DNA of 64,000 nucleotides, from NCBI GenBank assembly GCA_051003195.1, contig JBPCLP010000039.1, forward strand, positions 32,001 to 96,000, read 5' to 3'. This DNA comes from Candidatus Sumerlaeaceae bacterium (GTDB lineage Bacteria; Sumerlaeota; Sumerlaeia; Sumerlaeales; Sumerlaeaceae). The position numbers and the translations under genes were made by a program. Shown here in pieces: positions 50,702 through 61,121 of this stretch; within the stretch, counting starts at the first letter, position 1; the number at the start of each line of letters is the position of its first letter. The notes below the pieces were generated by a model. That model made no database searches, had not been told where the DNA came from, and saw nothing but the letters and a program-made list of their open reading frames with translations.

Positions 50702-51841
50702 CTAACTAATAACAGCCTCGGCGGCATTTGCCTCAGCGGCCACCCGCTGTTTCTTTAGACGCACCAGCCACATTGCGAATGCCTTGTTACCCAGGATTAC
50801 ACTCAGGATAATCGCCGCCTGCATAATTTCGATAATGTCCTTCGGTACATCGCCCGCGGCGGCGACCTTTCCGTAGTTCAGCACGCCGAAGAGCAGCGCC
50901 GTAAACAGCAGCCCGATCGGGTGATTGTTCGCCAGCAGCGCAACCGCGATACCCAGAAAACCCAACCCGGCGCTGAAGCCTTCTTCGAAATACCCTTTAT
51001 GGCCGAGCACGAATTCCACTCCGACGAGCCCGCTTAATGCACCACTCAGGAACATACTGAGCACGATAATCCGCCCCGGCGAAATACCTGCAGCCCGGGC
51101 AGCATCCGGGTTTTTACCCACGGCTCTAAGCGCGAATCCAAACCGTGTGAAGCGCAGCATCGCCCAGATGGCGACCGCCGCGATTACCGCCAGCCAGCTT
51201 GCATGGTTCAGGGTTGCTCCTTCAAACACAGGAAACATTTCCTGAAGGCGCGGTACCCGCAGCGTGCGTGGCATTGCGGGCGTCTGCATGCGTCCAGCCT
51301 GGGCGAACGTACCACCTGGCCGCAGAAGATAGTTTACCAGCGAATACGCGACGAAGTTCATCATGATGGTACTGATAACCTCGTGCGCACCTGTCACAGC
51401 TTTCAGCACCCCGGGTATGGCTGCCCAAAGGCCCGAGCACAGCATCGACAGCCCGACTGCTCCAAGCAGATACAGGGACCAGTGGATGCCGGAGATACTT
51501 TCCTTCGGCACCTGCTTCAGGTAATAACCAGCAATACCGAGCACCACCGCACCTATATAGAGCTGCCCCTCCACACCGATATTAAACAGGCCTGCATGAA
51601 ATGCCACCGCAACCGCCAGCCCCGTGAACGTGAGCAGCGTAGCTGAGCGCAGCACCTGGCCGAAGCCGTACCAGTTCCTGACGCCAGGCACAGACGACTC
51701 GAACGGCAGGCTCTCCCGCACGATGTTGCGAAACGTTGCAATCGCCGGGTAACCGGTTGCCCAGAGGAAAAGCATACCCACAAGCACGCCCACTGCAACC
51801 GCAAGCAGCGGTACAATGATGGTGCGAAGTAAGCGTTCCAA
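50702..51841 (-). CDS. ABC transporter permease (nucleoside/sugar, BPD_transp_2)
   Basis: TGLAVA...AGLFNIGVEGQ, HEVISTIMMN, RAVGKNPDAARAAGI, GF.GIAVALL. Confidence 0.92.
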   Translation of the reverse strand: MERLLRTIIVPLLAVAVGVLVGMLFLWATGYPAIATFRNIVRESLPFESSVPGVRNWYGFGQVLRSATLLTFTGLAVAVAFHAGLFNIGVEGQLYIGAVVLGIAGYYLKQVPKESISGIHWSLYLLGAVGLSMLCSGLWAAIPGVLKAVTGAHEVISTIMMNFVAYSLVNYLLRPGGTFAQAGRMQTPAMPRTLRVPRLQEMFPVFEGATLNHASWLAVIAAVAIWAMLRFTRFGFALRAVGKNPDAARAAGISPGRIIVLSMFLSGALSGLVGVEFVLGHKGYFEEGFSAGLGFLGIAVALLANNHPIGLLFTALLFGVLNYGKVAAAGDVPKDIIEIMQAAIILSVILGNKAFAMWLVRLKKQRVAAEANAAEAVIS

Positions 51842-53401
51842 CTAAGCTTTGCCCCCGGCCATGTAAATGCCCAGGTCGTGTTCGGTCAGCCCGCGATTCT
51901 CAGCGGTGTACACAATACGTCCCGCATACATCACGGCCACCCGATCGCTCAGCGCAAGGACCTCCGATAGTTCTGCGGATACCAGCAAAATGCCAACGCC
52001 TTGCTGACGAAGCTCAAGCAGTTTGCCGTGGATGAATTCGATGGCGCCTAAATCCACGCCGCGCGTGGGCTGTGACGCAATCAGCGCCTTCGCGCCACGT
52101 GTGAACTCGCGCGCTACAATCACCTTCTGCTGGTTGCCGCCGCTTAGTTGGCTTGCACGTGCACGTATGTTCGGCGGGCGAACATCGAAGCGCTCCAGTA
52201 TCTCGGTCGCACCCGAGCGCGTAAACATTTTTGGCCCGTCGGAACGCGTGTGATGCCTTCCCAGCAGCAGGTTCTCCCGAAGAGTAAAATCCAGGATCAG
52301 GCCGCGTCGGTGACGGTCCTCGGGCACGCAGGCCAGCCCGGCGGCGAGGCGCCCACGCGGCGACATGCCAGTGATTTCCTGTCCCGCAAGCTCGACGCTG
52401 CCGCTTTTTACGCCTCGAAGTCCCATCAGTACTTCAATCAATTCGCTCTGCCCGTTGCCTTCCACGCCTGCAATTCCGAGTACTTCACCGGGAGCAACGT
52501 GCAGCGACAAATCACGTAGCGATTGACCCGTCCCCCGGGCTGTCACATTGATTTCGCGTACGCGCAATACAGGTGCGATCGTCGTTGGACTATCGGCTAC
52601 CGGAGTTAACTGATCGTCTGAACGCCCGCTCCCATGACCTTCAATTTCGCGCGCCAGTGTGGGTAGCACCACGCTGCGCCCAACCATCAGCCGCGCAATC
52701 TCTTCCGGCGTGGTTTCACTGGTTTTCAGTGCCGCCACCTTCCGTCCTCCCCGGAGTATCGTCAGCGAATCTGAAAGCGCCATCACCTCTCGCAGTTTAT
52801 GCGTGATGATGATGATCGTCGAACCCGCTGATTTCAGTTCCGCAATGGTTACGAAGAATTCATCCACCTCCTGTGGCGTGAGGACCGCCGTGGGTTCATC
52901 TAGGATGATGATTTTCGCGTGCCGATAAAGAACCTTTAATATCTCAACCCGCTGCTGCTGCCCGACCCCAAGATCTGCCACCTTCGCAGCCGGGTCCACG
53001 ACCATGCGAAATTTTTCCGCGAGCTGCGCCACGCGGGACTCCGCATCGCGGGCCTTCAGCAATGCCCCGCCTTCAAGTCCCAGCAGCACATTCTCGGCCA
53101 CCGTGAACGGCGGGACGAGCATGAAGTGCTGGTGTACCATGCCAATTCCTGCATCGATCGCGTCAGAAGGTGAGTGGAATCGACGTGCGCGGCCATCGAT
53201 TCGGATCTCCCCCGAGTCCGGCTGATAAAGCCCGCCCAGGATTTTCATCAGAGTGCTTTTGCCGGCGCCGTTTTCGCCAACCAGGGCGTGTACCTCGCCG
53301 CGAACGACGCTCATATCCACGCGGTCATTCGCTAGCGCGCGGGCGAAACGCCGCGTTATCTGGTCGAGTTCAACTACGGGTGCTGGAACAGCGTTAGACA
53401 C
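51842..53401 (-). CDS. ABC transporter ATP-binding protein (two NBDs, nucleoside/sugar type)
   Basis: [51 protein letters not shown]; start uncertain (53401-53437). Confidence 0.95.
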   Translation of the reverse strand: MSNAVPAPVVELDQITRRFARALANDRVDMSVVRGEVHALVGENGAGKSTLMKILGGLYQPDSGEIRIDGRARRFHSPSDAIDAGIGMVHQHFMLVPPFTVAENVLLGLEGGALLKARDAESRVAQLAEKFRMVVDPAAKVADLGVGQQQRVEILKVLYRHAKIIILDEPTAVLTPQEVDEFFVTIAELKSAGSTIIIITHKLREVMALSDSLTILRGGRKVAALKTSETTPEEIARLMVGRSVVLPTLAREIEGHGSGRSDDQLTPVADSPTTIAPVLRVREINVTARGTGQSLRDLSLHVAPGEVLGIAGVEGNGQSELIEVLMGLRGVKSGSVELAGQEITGMSPRGRLAAGLACVPEDRHRRGLILDFTLRENLLLGRHHTRSDGPKMFTRSGATEILERFDVRPPNIRARASQLSGGNQQKVIVAREFTRGAKALIASQPTRGVDLGAIEFIHGKLLELRQQGVGILLVSAELSEVLALSDRVAVMYAGRIVYTAENRGLTEHDLGIYMAGGKA

Positions 53402-53478
53402 GCGCGGCAGATTTCGAAAGCCGCTGCGCGAAAGCAATCAAAAGCGAAGCGGCAACCGCAGGCACCGCAATGGATGGA

Positions 53479-54279
53479 TCAGGATGTTGTGGTGGTTTCG
53501 AATGCGCTCTCTTCAAGCGGCGCAATTTCACTAGGGCGCGGTTCGCCCTGCCCGGTCCACAGGCCGCGCTTACGCAACGCAGCGCGCACCTCATCAATAC
53601 CCCAGAATTTATCTGCATCGCTATGGCTGTCGGTGCCGATCATCCAGCGCGGCACGTAGCTCATCAGGCGCCACGCCATCTCGCGCTGCATTCCTCCCCA
53701 AAATCCATTGATGCTCATCACATTGATTTGGAACCAGCAGCCGAGATCAGCCAGTTGGCGCACCACATCAGGCGCGGCCGGCAACCAGGTATATCGTTCA
53801 GGATGCGCGAGAATCGGCGTAAGGCCCCGCTTAATAAAATAGTTCAGCACCTCGAAGGTGCAAGTCGGCATGTGATGGAACCCGAGCTCGATCAGGATGT
53901 ATTCATTCTGGTCTGCCCACGTAAGCAGGCCCCCCGCCTCGAACAAATCGGGCACGCCTATGTTCAGCAGGATTTCCGTTCCGGGCGAGGTTCTAAGCGG
54001 TATCTGCGCTTCGGCCAGCGCGTGATTTAATTCCGCCACGCGTCTGCGCAGGTGATCCGGGGATAAATCGCACTTCAGAGCCGGGTGGCATCCATGCGGC
54101 GTCGCTACCATATGCTTGATTCCCACCCCGGCTGCACGGCGCGCCATATTCAGCGACATTTCCATGCTCTTCGAACCGTCATCGACGCCTGGCAAAATAT
54201 GGCAGTGCGGATCGACTCGGAGAATGTATCGGCTTTCTTCTTCCGGGTTAAACCTGGGCGTTTCGGGCTTGTCCATCAT
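53479..54279 (-). CDS. CpsB/CapC-family PHP protein-tyrosine phosphatase
   Basis: DPHCHILPGVDDGS, VATPH, PGTE, PILAHPERY, GTDSH. Confidence 0.88.
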   Translation of the reverse strand: MMDKPETPRFNPEEESRYILRVDPHCHILPGVDDGSKSMEMSLNMARRAAGVGIKHMVATPHGCHPALKCDLSPDHLRRRVAELNHALAEAQIPLRTSPGTEILLNIGVPDLFEAGGLLTWADQNEYILIELGFHHMPTCTFEVLNYFIKRGLTPILAHPERYTWLPAAPDVVRQLADLGCWFQINVMSINGFWGGMQREMAWRLMSYVPRWMIGTDSHSDADKFWGIDEVRAALRKRGLWTGQGEPRPSEIAPLEESAFETTTTS

Positions 54280-54420
54280 GGTAAGGCGCGCACGTTTTAC
54301 CGGTAATTGCACGCAAGATGCATGCAATAGTCAAGCATCGCACATCGCATATCGACCCTTACGCCGTCGAATGCGAACGGGTCCGTACGAACTGGCAGTA
54401 GCCCAACGAGTGTGCCGTCC

Positions 54421-54547
54421 GAAGTTCGCAGCATGATTCCAGGATTCCGGCTTTTTGGAATCCGCAGCCCTGGGTTACAGCACCCCATTTTTCGCGCCCT
54501 GAAGGGGCACCGCAAACCGAAAAGATGGTACGAATCTCTGGTACACC
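54421..54547. repeat. 127-bp REP/MITE-like element, copy 2, bracketed by 16-bp near-perfect direct repeats
   Basis: Matches 35052-35178; GCCCTGAAGGGGC hairpin; flanks CTGGCAGTAGCCCAAC (54392-54407) and CTGGCAGTAGCGCAAC (54550-54565). Confidence 0.88.
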
Positions 54548-54564
54548 ACCTGGCAGTAGCGCAA

Positions 54565-55731
54565 CTAACGCTTTTTCGCACCCGATTTAGCGCCGTCCCG
54601 ATTGGCCGGCTTGATGCCGCTCTTCACCGCAGCAGTTTTCTGAACCGGTCCTGGGGCTGGTACTTTCCGGGATTTGCCGCCCGCAGCACGGTCACCCTCT
54701 GGCATTGGCTGGCTTTCCTGCGCGGCGGCTTTGCCTGCGCTCTTGCCCAGCCAGCTCATCATGCCGCGAAGCTGACGCCCAACCGCCTCAATTTGATGCT
54801 CGGCTCCGCGCCGCCGCAACGCCTTAAAGGCTGGCCGTCCGGCCTGGTTCTCCAGAATCCACTCCCGGGCAAACTGCCCGGTCTGGATTTCGTTCAGGAT
54901 CTTCTTCATTTCCTTGCGGGTTTCATCGTTCACGATGCGTGGGCCGCGCGTAAGGTCACCGTATTCGGCCGTGTCGCTGATCGAGTAGCGCATCATGCCG
55001 ATGCCGCGCTCATAGATCAGGTCGACAATCAGTTTCACCTCGTGCAGGCACTCGAAATAGGCAATCTCCGGCGCATAACCAGCATCCACCAGGGTCTCAA
55101 ACCCGCTCGTGATGAGCTCCGTCAAGCCGCCGCATAATACCACCTGTTCACCAAACAGGTCCGTCTCGGTTTCCTCGCGGAACGTCGTCTCCAGCACTCC
55201 TGCGCGGGTTGCTCCCACGCCTTTGCTGTGCGCCAGCGCAAGCTCGCGCGTATTGCCGGTAGCATCCTGGTGGATCGCGATTAACCCCGGAACTCCACCG
55301 CCCTCCACATACACCCGCCGCACAAGGTGACCCGGACCCTTGGGCGCCACCATGTAAACATTTACATCTTTCGGTGGAGTAATCGTGCCGAAGTGGATAT
55401 TGAATCCATGTGAGAACACCAGCGACTTTCCGGCTTTCAGTCCCGGAAGAATCTCCTCTTCATAGACCTGCCGCTGCTTCTCATCCGGTAGCAGGATCTG
55501 GATGATATCAGCGCGCGATGCCGCATCGCGCGCGCTCACCGGTGAAAACCCATGGCTCTTTGCCAGGTCGTAGTTCTGTCCGCCGGGGCGCTGCCCGATA
55601 ATTACATTAATGCCGCTGTCCCGCATATTCTGGGCTTGTGCGTGGCCCTGGCTTCCGTAGCCAATCACGGCCACAGTTTTGCCCTTCAGCAACGCCAGGT
55701 TGGCGTCGCCGTCGTAGTACATTTTCACCAT
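54565..55731 (-). CDS. ilvC: Ketol-acid reductoisomerase (class I) with Lys/Ala-rich C-terminal tail
   Basis: [53 protein letters not shown]. Confidence 0.97.
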   Translation of the reverse strand: MVKMYYDGDANLALLKGKTVAVIGYGSQGHAQAQNMRDSGINVIIGQRPGGQNYDLAKSHGFSPVSARDAASRADIIQILLPDEKQRQVYEEEILPGLKAGKSLVFSHGFNIHFGTITPPKDVNVYMVAPKGPGHLVRRVYVEGGGVPGLIAIHQDATGNTRELALAHSKGVGATRAGVLETTFREETETDLFGEQVVLCGGLTELITSGFETLVDAGYAPEIAYFECLHEVKLIVDLIYERGIGMMRYSISDTAEYGDLTRGPRIVNDETRKEMKKILNEIQTGQFAREWILENQAGRPAFKALRRRGAEHQIEAVGRQLRGMMSWLGKSAGKAAAQESQPMPEGDRAAGGKSRKVPAPGPVQKTAAVKSGIKPANRDGAKSGAKKR

Positions 55732-55831
55732 TGTGAGGGTGTTTCCTTAGTTCAGGGGTTTGGAATGATCCAAGCAGCGGTCGCCAGATGCGCCGGGCTT
55801 GTCAAACGAAAGTGGACTAAGCAGGGACGCC

Positions 55832-56164
55832 TTAACGCCTGCCTAATTGAAGAGCTATTCTCAGCGCTCTATCAAGTTCGGACATTTTTAACTCGGCGAG
55901 CCGGCCGATGTAGTCGGTCAGTAGGTGTTTTGAAATGCTCACGAGATCGTCGCAGTGTATACTGCTATCGTGCTTCATGCCCTCCATTGTGCCGATTGCG
56001 AGCTGCGTTTCAAGTTCGCTATGATTTGAGTACACCGGTGCGCAAATCACCGAGCTGTGACGGGAGTCGATCAGCACCTGCCTGCTGACCACAATAAAAA
56101 CCCGGGACTTTTTTGGATCAGATCCTGGAGGCTTTCGTACGCGGTACAGATCTCCCCGTTTCAT
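55832..56164 (-). CDS. MazF/PemK-family toxin
   Basis: MKRGDLY.V...P...K.R...VVS, VICAP, DSSIHCD.L.SI.K..L...IG.L....M..LD.AL. Confidence 0.9.
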   Translation of the reverse strand: MKRGDLYRVRKPPGSDPKKSRVFIVVSRQVLIDSRHSSVICAPVYSNHSELETQLAIGTMEGMKHDSSIHCDDLVSISKHLLTDYIGRLAELKMSELDRALRIALQLGRR

Positions 56165-56394
56165 AACGGGATCTGATAATCCAGTATATCCACCATTTCG
56201 GCGTTCATACGGTCAGCACATCGGTTCAGAATTTCTAATTCCCGGGCGTCCCGTTCCTCACAAGTCAGCCGATCAATGTAATCCGACACCGCGTTTTCGA
56301 TAAAATCTGAACGATTGCGCTTAGCACGGCGGGCACGCTGATCGATGTGCTTTAACAGATCCTCCGAAAGTGTGATGGATGTCTTGATTTTCAT
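56161..56394 (-). CDS. Ribbon-helix-helix antitoxin
   Basis: [15 protein letters not shown]...[14 protein letters not shown] overlap with toxin gene. Confidence 0.88.
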   Translation of the reverse strand: MKIKTSITLSEDLLKHIDQRARRAKRNRSDFIENAVSDYIDRLTCEERDARELEILNRCADRMNAEMVDILDYQIPL

Positions 56395-56501
56395 GGTATG
56401 TTTATACCACCAACATCCTTCCTATATTTAGGATCCAGTTCGGTGCTATGGTTGCTTATTTGACCACGGCGGATCACCCCAGCCGCAGGTCAGCCCATGC
56501 C

Positions 56502-56690
56502 CTACACTGCCGGCTTCGGCTTAACGGGAGCCTGCGTCTCTTCGCGCGGCAGCTTTCTGATCGTCGCGTGCATTTGTTCCAGTTCCTTCGCCATCTCCGC
56601 CAGCCCAATCGCCATCAACGCGACTGCCTCTTTGACGTCTTCCTTATCCTTAATCTGGTTAAATATTGATGCTGCCATGGTAAAGCCCAT
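56502..56690 (-). CDS. Small hypothetical protein
   Basis: 62 aa, RBS AAAGGA upstream, occupies otherwise empty gap. Confidence 0.5.
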   Translation of the reverse strand: MGFTMAASIFNQIKDKEDVKEAVALMAIGLAEMAKELEQMHATIRKLPREETQAPVKPKPAV

Positions 56691-56937
56691 GCTGGTAGTC
56701 CTTTCGCCGCAGTTTTAACCTAGCGCTTACACACTTTAGAATTCAGCGCACTGTTTCCGTTCAATTTCTGAATTTCCCATGGCAAGAACTTCCGGCAATG
56801 CCGGACAGAAACCCGTTAACCTGCGTTGACTTCGCCCTCCAAATTCGAGCCATGTGTCTCATTACAATGCGAGACCTGACAATTCCCGTTCCCCCGCGAG
56901 ACGAGCGCATCCAACGTGCAGCCGGGACCTGCCGTAC

Positions 56938-59124
56938 ATGAATGAGTTTACCTGCAAACTTGGCGCGCGCCATTACAGCTTTTCCGGCCTGCGAGATCTC
57001 ATGGCGAAGGCTACCCCCGCGCGCTCGGGCGACGTACTCGCCGGCATTGCAGCGCAATCGGCCGAAGAGCGTGTAGCCGCGCAGACGCTGCTCGCCGACA
57101 TTCCACTGCACCGCTTTCTCGAGGAGCCGCTCATTCCTTATGAGCAGGACGAAGTCACCCGTCTCATCATCGACACCCACAACGCGCAAGCCTTTGAACC
57201 CGTGGCGTCCTTTACGGTGGGCCAATTTAGAGAGTGGCTGCTCGAGTACAAAACGGATGGCCCTGTGCTCGAAAAGCTCAGCCCCGGCCTCACGCCCGAA
57301 ATGGTCGCCGCCGTCAGCAAAATCATGCGCAACCAGGACCTTGTGCTGGTTGCATCCAAACGGCGCGTGATTACAAAATTCCGCAATACCCTCGGCTTAC
57401 CGGGTCGCCTTTCCGTCCGCCTGCAACCCAACCACCCCACGGACGACGTAAAGGGCATCATTGCCTCGATCCTTGACGGTCTGCTGCTGGGATGTGGCGA
57501 CGCTGTCATCGGCATCAACCCGGTAACCGACAGTGTGTCCAACACCGTGCAGTTGCTCACCATGCTGGACGAACTGATCCGCGCGTATTCGATCCCGACG
57601 CAATCCTGCGTCCTGGCGCACGTCACCAACCAGATTGCTGCCATCGAACGTGGCGCACCTATAGACCTCGTCTTTCAATCGATTGCGGGCACCGAGGCCA
57701 CCAACCGCAGCTTCGGTATTAATCTCAAGCTGCTCGCCGAAGCGCGGGATGCCGCGTTGTCGCTAAAGCGCGGTACCGTCGGTGATAATGTCATGTACTT
57801 TGAAACGGGTCAGGGCTCGGCGCTTTCAGCGGGCGCGAACCACCGGATCGACCAGCAGACATGCGAGGCCCGAGCATATGCAGTCGCGCGCGCCTTCGAT
57901 CCCTTACTTGTAAATACCGTCGTAGGATTTATCGGGCCGGAATATTTGTACGACGGAAAGCAGATCACCCGCGCGGGATTAGAGGACCACTTCTGCGGAA
58001 AACTCCTTGGCCTGCCAATGGGTTGCGACGTGTGTTACACCAACCACGCCGAAGCCGACCAGGACGATATGGACACACTGCTCACCCTGCTTTGCGCCGC
58101 GGGTGTAAACTATATCATGGGCGTTCCCGGCGCGGATGACATCATGCTGAACTACCAGTCCACTTCGTTCCATGACAGCCAGTACGCGCGCCAGGTTTTC
58201 GGTCTCCGGCCCGCACCCGAATTCGAAGAATGGCTGAAGGCGAACAAAGTGATCGACCGCAAGCAGCGCCTGCGCGACGTAACAAAGAAGCATGCACTGG
58301 CATCGGCCCACCCCGTGCGCGGACTGCTGACGACCAGCGAAGCAGCTACCGACCAGCTGCCCGCCAAAGCGCCTAAGAACATGACCGCCTTCCTGAAGCA
58401 GTTTACCACTGCCAGGATCGGCATTGGTCGCACCGGCGGCAGCATACCTACGGAAGAGCTGCTGGATTTCCAGCTCGCCCACGCCCGTGCGCGCGACGCG
58501 GTGCACGCGCCTTTTTATGCTAATGTGCTGAAAACCGAAATCGAAAACCTTGGGTTGAAATGTGTGATCGTTGAGAGTGCCGCGCCAGACCGCACGACGT
58601 ACCTGCTCAACCCGGACCTTGGGCGCACCTTGAGCGAAAACAGCCGCGCAATTTTGACGACTACCGCCAACGAGGAACGTTTCGATCTTGTGTTTATCGC
58701 CACCGATGGTCTGTCCGCCACAGCCGCGCACCGGCAGGTTGTGCCACTCCTGCGCGAATTTCTGCCCCTGCTGCACGCGAGCAATTTGCGTATGGCCCCC
58801 ATTGTGATCGCAATCCACGGGCGCGTCGCCATAGAGGACCCCATTGGCGAAGCATTGCGCGCGAGGCTGGCCGTCATCCTGGTGGGCGAGCGCCCCGGGC
58901 TTGGCTCACCCGACAGCCTGGGCGCCTACCTTGTCTACGAACCGCGCCTTGGTAAAACCGACGCGGACCGCAACTGCATCTCCAACATCCGCCCCGAGGG
59001 GCTTCCTCCTGCCGCCGCTGCGCACACGCTGCATGGACTGGTCCTGCGTGCTGTGCGGACGCAGCTCAGTGGAGTACGCCTGATTGCTGACGACCAAATC
59101 GATGTCGGAGTAAGTAGCACATAG
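56938..59124 (+). CDS. eutBC: Fused ethanolamine ammonia-lyase large (EutB) + small (EutC) subunits
   Basis: EutB: ATPARSGDVLAG, RLQPNHPTDD, QSCVLAHV, MYFETGQGS, NTVVGFIGPEY, GCDVCYTNH; EutC: TARIGIGR.G, FQLAHARARDAV, YLLNPDLGR, DGLSA, GERPGL, RNCISNI; single frame. Confidence 0.92.
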   Translation: MNEFTCKLGARHYSFSGLRDLMAKATPARSGDVLAGIAAQSAEERVAAQTLLADIPLHRFLEEPLIPYEQDEVTRLIIDTHNAQAFEPVASFTVGQFREWLLEYKTDGPVLEKLSPGLTPEMVAAVSKIMRNQDLVLVASKRRVITKFRNTLGLPGRLSVRLQPNHPTDDVKGIIASILDGLLLGCGDAVIGINPVTDSVSNTVQLLTMLDELIRAYSIPTQSCVLAHVTNQIAAIERGAPIDLVFQSIAGTEATNRSFGINLKLLAEARDAALSLKRGTVGDNVMYFETGQGSALSAGANHRIDQQTCEARAYAVARAFDPLLVNTVVGFIGPEYLYDGKQITRAGLEDHFCGKLLGLPMGCDVCYTNHAEADQDDMDTLLTLLCAAGVNYIMGVPGADDIMLNYQSTSFHDSQYARQVFGLRPAPEFEEWLKANKVIDRKQRLRDVTKKHALASAHPVRGLLTTSEAATDQLPAKAPKNMTAFLKQFTTARIGIGRTGGSIPTEELLDFQLAHARARDAVHAPFYANVLKTEIENLGLKCVIVESAAPDRTTYLLNPDLGRTLSENSRAILTTTANEERFDLVFIATDGLSATAAHRQVVPLLREFLPLLHASNLRMAPIVIAIHGRVAIEDPIGEALRARLAVILVGERPGLGSPDSLGAYLVYEPRLGKTDADRNCISNIRPEGLPPAAAAHTLHGLVLRAVRTQLSGVRLIADDQIDVGVSST

Positions 59125-59480
59125 ACGACTTAGCTGTTTAAAAGCTTGGTGGAACGATTAAATCGTAAATAAGCTACTTTACTCGATTTTAAGGTGAAAT
59201 TAGTATTATCTCGCGTATCCGGCGTGCAGCTTCGCCGCCATGGCACAATGTTCACCACGCCCGGCGGGATGCCCGTATGCTGCCCGCGCTCATCCTGCAA
59301 GCCCTGCGGCAGCAGATCAGCGGCGTCGCCTTAAAGCCCGATAACCTGCTCGGCGATTAGTTCGGATACGAATCAGCAAGCTTTTCGGCGTGGATTTAAG
59401 GAATCTCTTGCCATTTTAAAACACTCAGGTATCCATTAGCGAAATGGCAGTACCACGTCTTGGAGACAAAGGTTAGCACC

Positions 59481-60950
59481 ATGGCACTAAATCGCATTTT
59501 ATTATCCATACTTCTGGCAGCAGTGGCCAGTTGCAGTTTTGCAAAGCCGTACCCATCGCTCATCCGGGTGAGCCCTGCCACGTTCGTGACGGGTGGCACA
59601 AATATCACCTACGTGCTTAACGAGGCAGGAAGTACGGTCACCATCGAGATACTGAACGCCGGCAACGCAGTCGTTGCCACTTTCGCCGGCACCGCTGTGC
59701 GTGGCGATAACACGGTCCACTGGGATGGTACCGCCAATAACGCTGGCGGCGCTGCCATCGCGCTAGGTGCCTACAAGGTCCGCATTACTGCGGCATCGAA
59801 CGTTGCCGCTGCCTGGACCGAGTTCTCATCCAACGCCGCCACCGATACCGTCCTCACCACCGTCTATAAGACACTCTATCCAAGCTTTGCGCCAATTTCC
59901 ATGCTGATCCAACCGGCCCAAACCAGCGACAATTTCGGCAAGGTCGTTTGCCTCACGGGCAATACACAAACGATCGCGACCAATCCCTGTCAGGCTGGAA
60001 TCACCCTGAATGGCGCCCTTCTAACCACCGACGGCACGAATGGCTATGCGTCGCGTCTTCTCAGGGGCGACCTTGACCCGGCTATTGGCAACAGCGGCAG
60101 CGAAGTAGATTACTGGGGAGCTTGCTTTGATCCAACCACAACCGAAGGCATCTGGATTGCATCACAGGCCGGGGCCAACAAAGGCTTTTACGCCGCCAAC
60201 TCGGTCGCGGACGCAACCACGAGACTCGCCGATCCAACCAACATCACCGGTGGATTTCCTCGTTCGGTAGCGGTCCGCACGGAAGGCGCCAATAAATTTG
60301 CATTTTTTGCCTCCGGAACCAACACCATAAACAAAATCCAAATCGACTCAGTCAGCGGCAACCTGACGGGTGCGGCTACCAACATCGTGTCTTTCGCGGA
60401 CATCAATCGCTACGGCCGAAAAGTGAAGTCTGATTCCGCCGGTAACCTGTATTACGGCAGCAGACGCAATGTTTCGGCAGGTACAGGTGGTGCGCTCTAC
60501 CGCTGGAGCGCTGCCAAGGTTTCCGCGGCGCCAGGCACCCTGCTCAACGAAGCCAACGCCGACTGGAACATTCAGCTCCCTGCTGCTTCGACCAATCTTT
60601 CAGGGCCCGCGATCACGCCTGCCGGCGATGTTTACGTGTACGTATGTTCGGATGGCATATACACGGTTGGAAACGCCAGCACCGCAACCTTATCCAAGAC
60701 TCTCGGAGCGGCTGACCTTGTTGTCCCGCTGGTTATCTCAAACAACACCTTTGGCAACGACATCGAATCCGATCCGGCCGGCAACATTATCGTCAATGCC
60801 ATCGGGACCACCGCCGTCGCAAACTCCCAGGCAGGATTCGTTCGCGGCTTTTCTCCAGGTGGCAATTCCAGCATGACAGTGACGGCGCCGTCGTCTCAAG
60901 CCATCAACATTGCGCCGACCGCCGCAGAGGACTGGGCGCTCTTCCGCTAG
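59481..60950 (+). CDS. Secreted protein with N-terminal FlgD-Ig-like domain and beta-rich body
   Basis: Signal peptide; ITY.L....VTIEILN..G...GDNTVHWDG.....GAYKVRITA; ends PTAAEDWALFR. Confidence 0.75.
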   Translation: MALNRILLSILLAAVASCSFAKPYPSLIRVSPATFVTGGTNITYVLNEAGSTVTIEILNAGNAVVATFAGTAVRGDNTVHWDGTANNAGGAAIALGAYKVRITAASNVAAAWTEFSSNAATDTVLTTVYKTLYPSFAPISMLIQPAQTSDNFGKVVCLTGNTQTIATNPCQAGITLNGALLTTDGTNGYASRLLRGDLDPAIGNSGSEVDYWGACFDPTTTEGIWIASQAGANKGFYAANSVADATTRLADPTNITGGFPRSVAVRTEGANKFAFFASGTNTINKIQIDSVSGNLTGAATNIVSFADINRYGRKVKSDSAGNLYYGSRRNVSAGTGGALYRWSAAKVSAAPGTLLNEANADWNIQLPAASTNLSGPAITPAGDVYVYVCSDGIYTVGNASTATLSKTLGAADLVVPLVISNNTFGNDIESDPAGNIIVNAIGTTAVANSQAGFVRGFSPGGNSSMTVTAPSSQAINIAPTAAEDWALFR

Positions 60951-60972
60951 CGCCTTCTTCACGAATGCAACG

Positions 60973-61001
60973 AGAGCCAGGGCGCCCGTCGCCCTGGCTC
61001 T
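60973..61001. terminator. Hairpin terminator between convergent genes
   Basis: AGAGCCAGGGCG-cccgt-CGCCCTGGCTCT 12-bp stem. Confidence 0.75.
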
Positions 61002-61017
61002 TTCCATTGGATAAGGT

Positions 61018-61050
61018 TTACAGCCCCACGCAAACCGCCTTGGTTTCGGT
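61018..61050 (-). repeat. Duplicate of aldehyde dehydrogenase 3' end (TETKAVCVGL*)
   Basis: 29 bp identical (61019-61047 = 62065-62093); 31/33 over 61018-61050 vs 62064-62096. Confidence 0.92.
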
Positions 61051-61121
61051 CTCAGATAGCTGATACTCAATCGCTCATTGATACTGGCCCATAGTAACGA
61101 CGCATAAGCGAATCACGCAAG

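Noticed and set aside
50404..50727. 107-aa minus ORF as second ABC permease
   Set aside because: No TM/permease motifs and mostly antisense to ltaE
59125..59460. Intergenic region as possible cobalamin riboswitch or small ORF
   Set aside because: Lies downstream of eutBC, I cannot see B12-box motifs, and the short ORFs lack support
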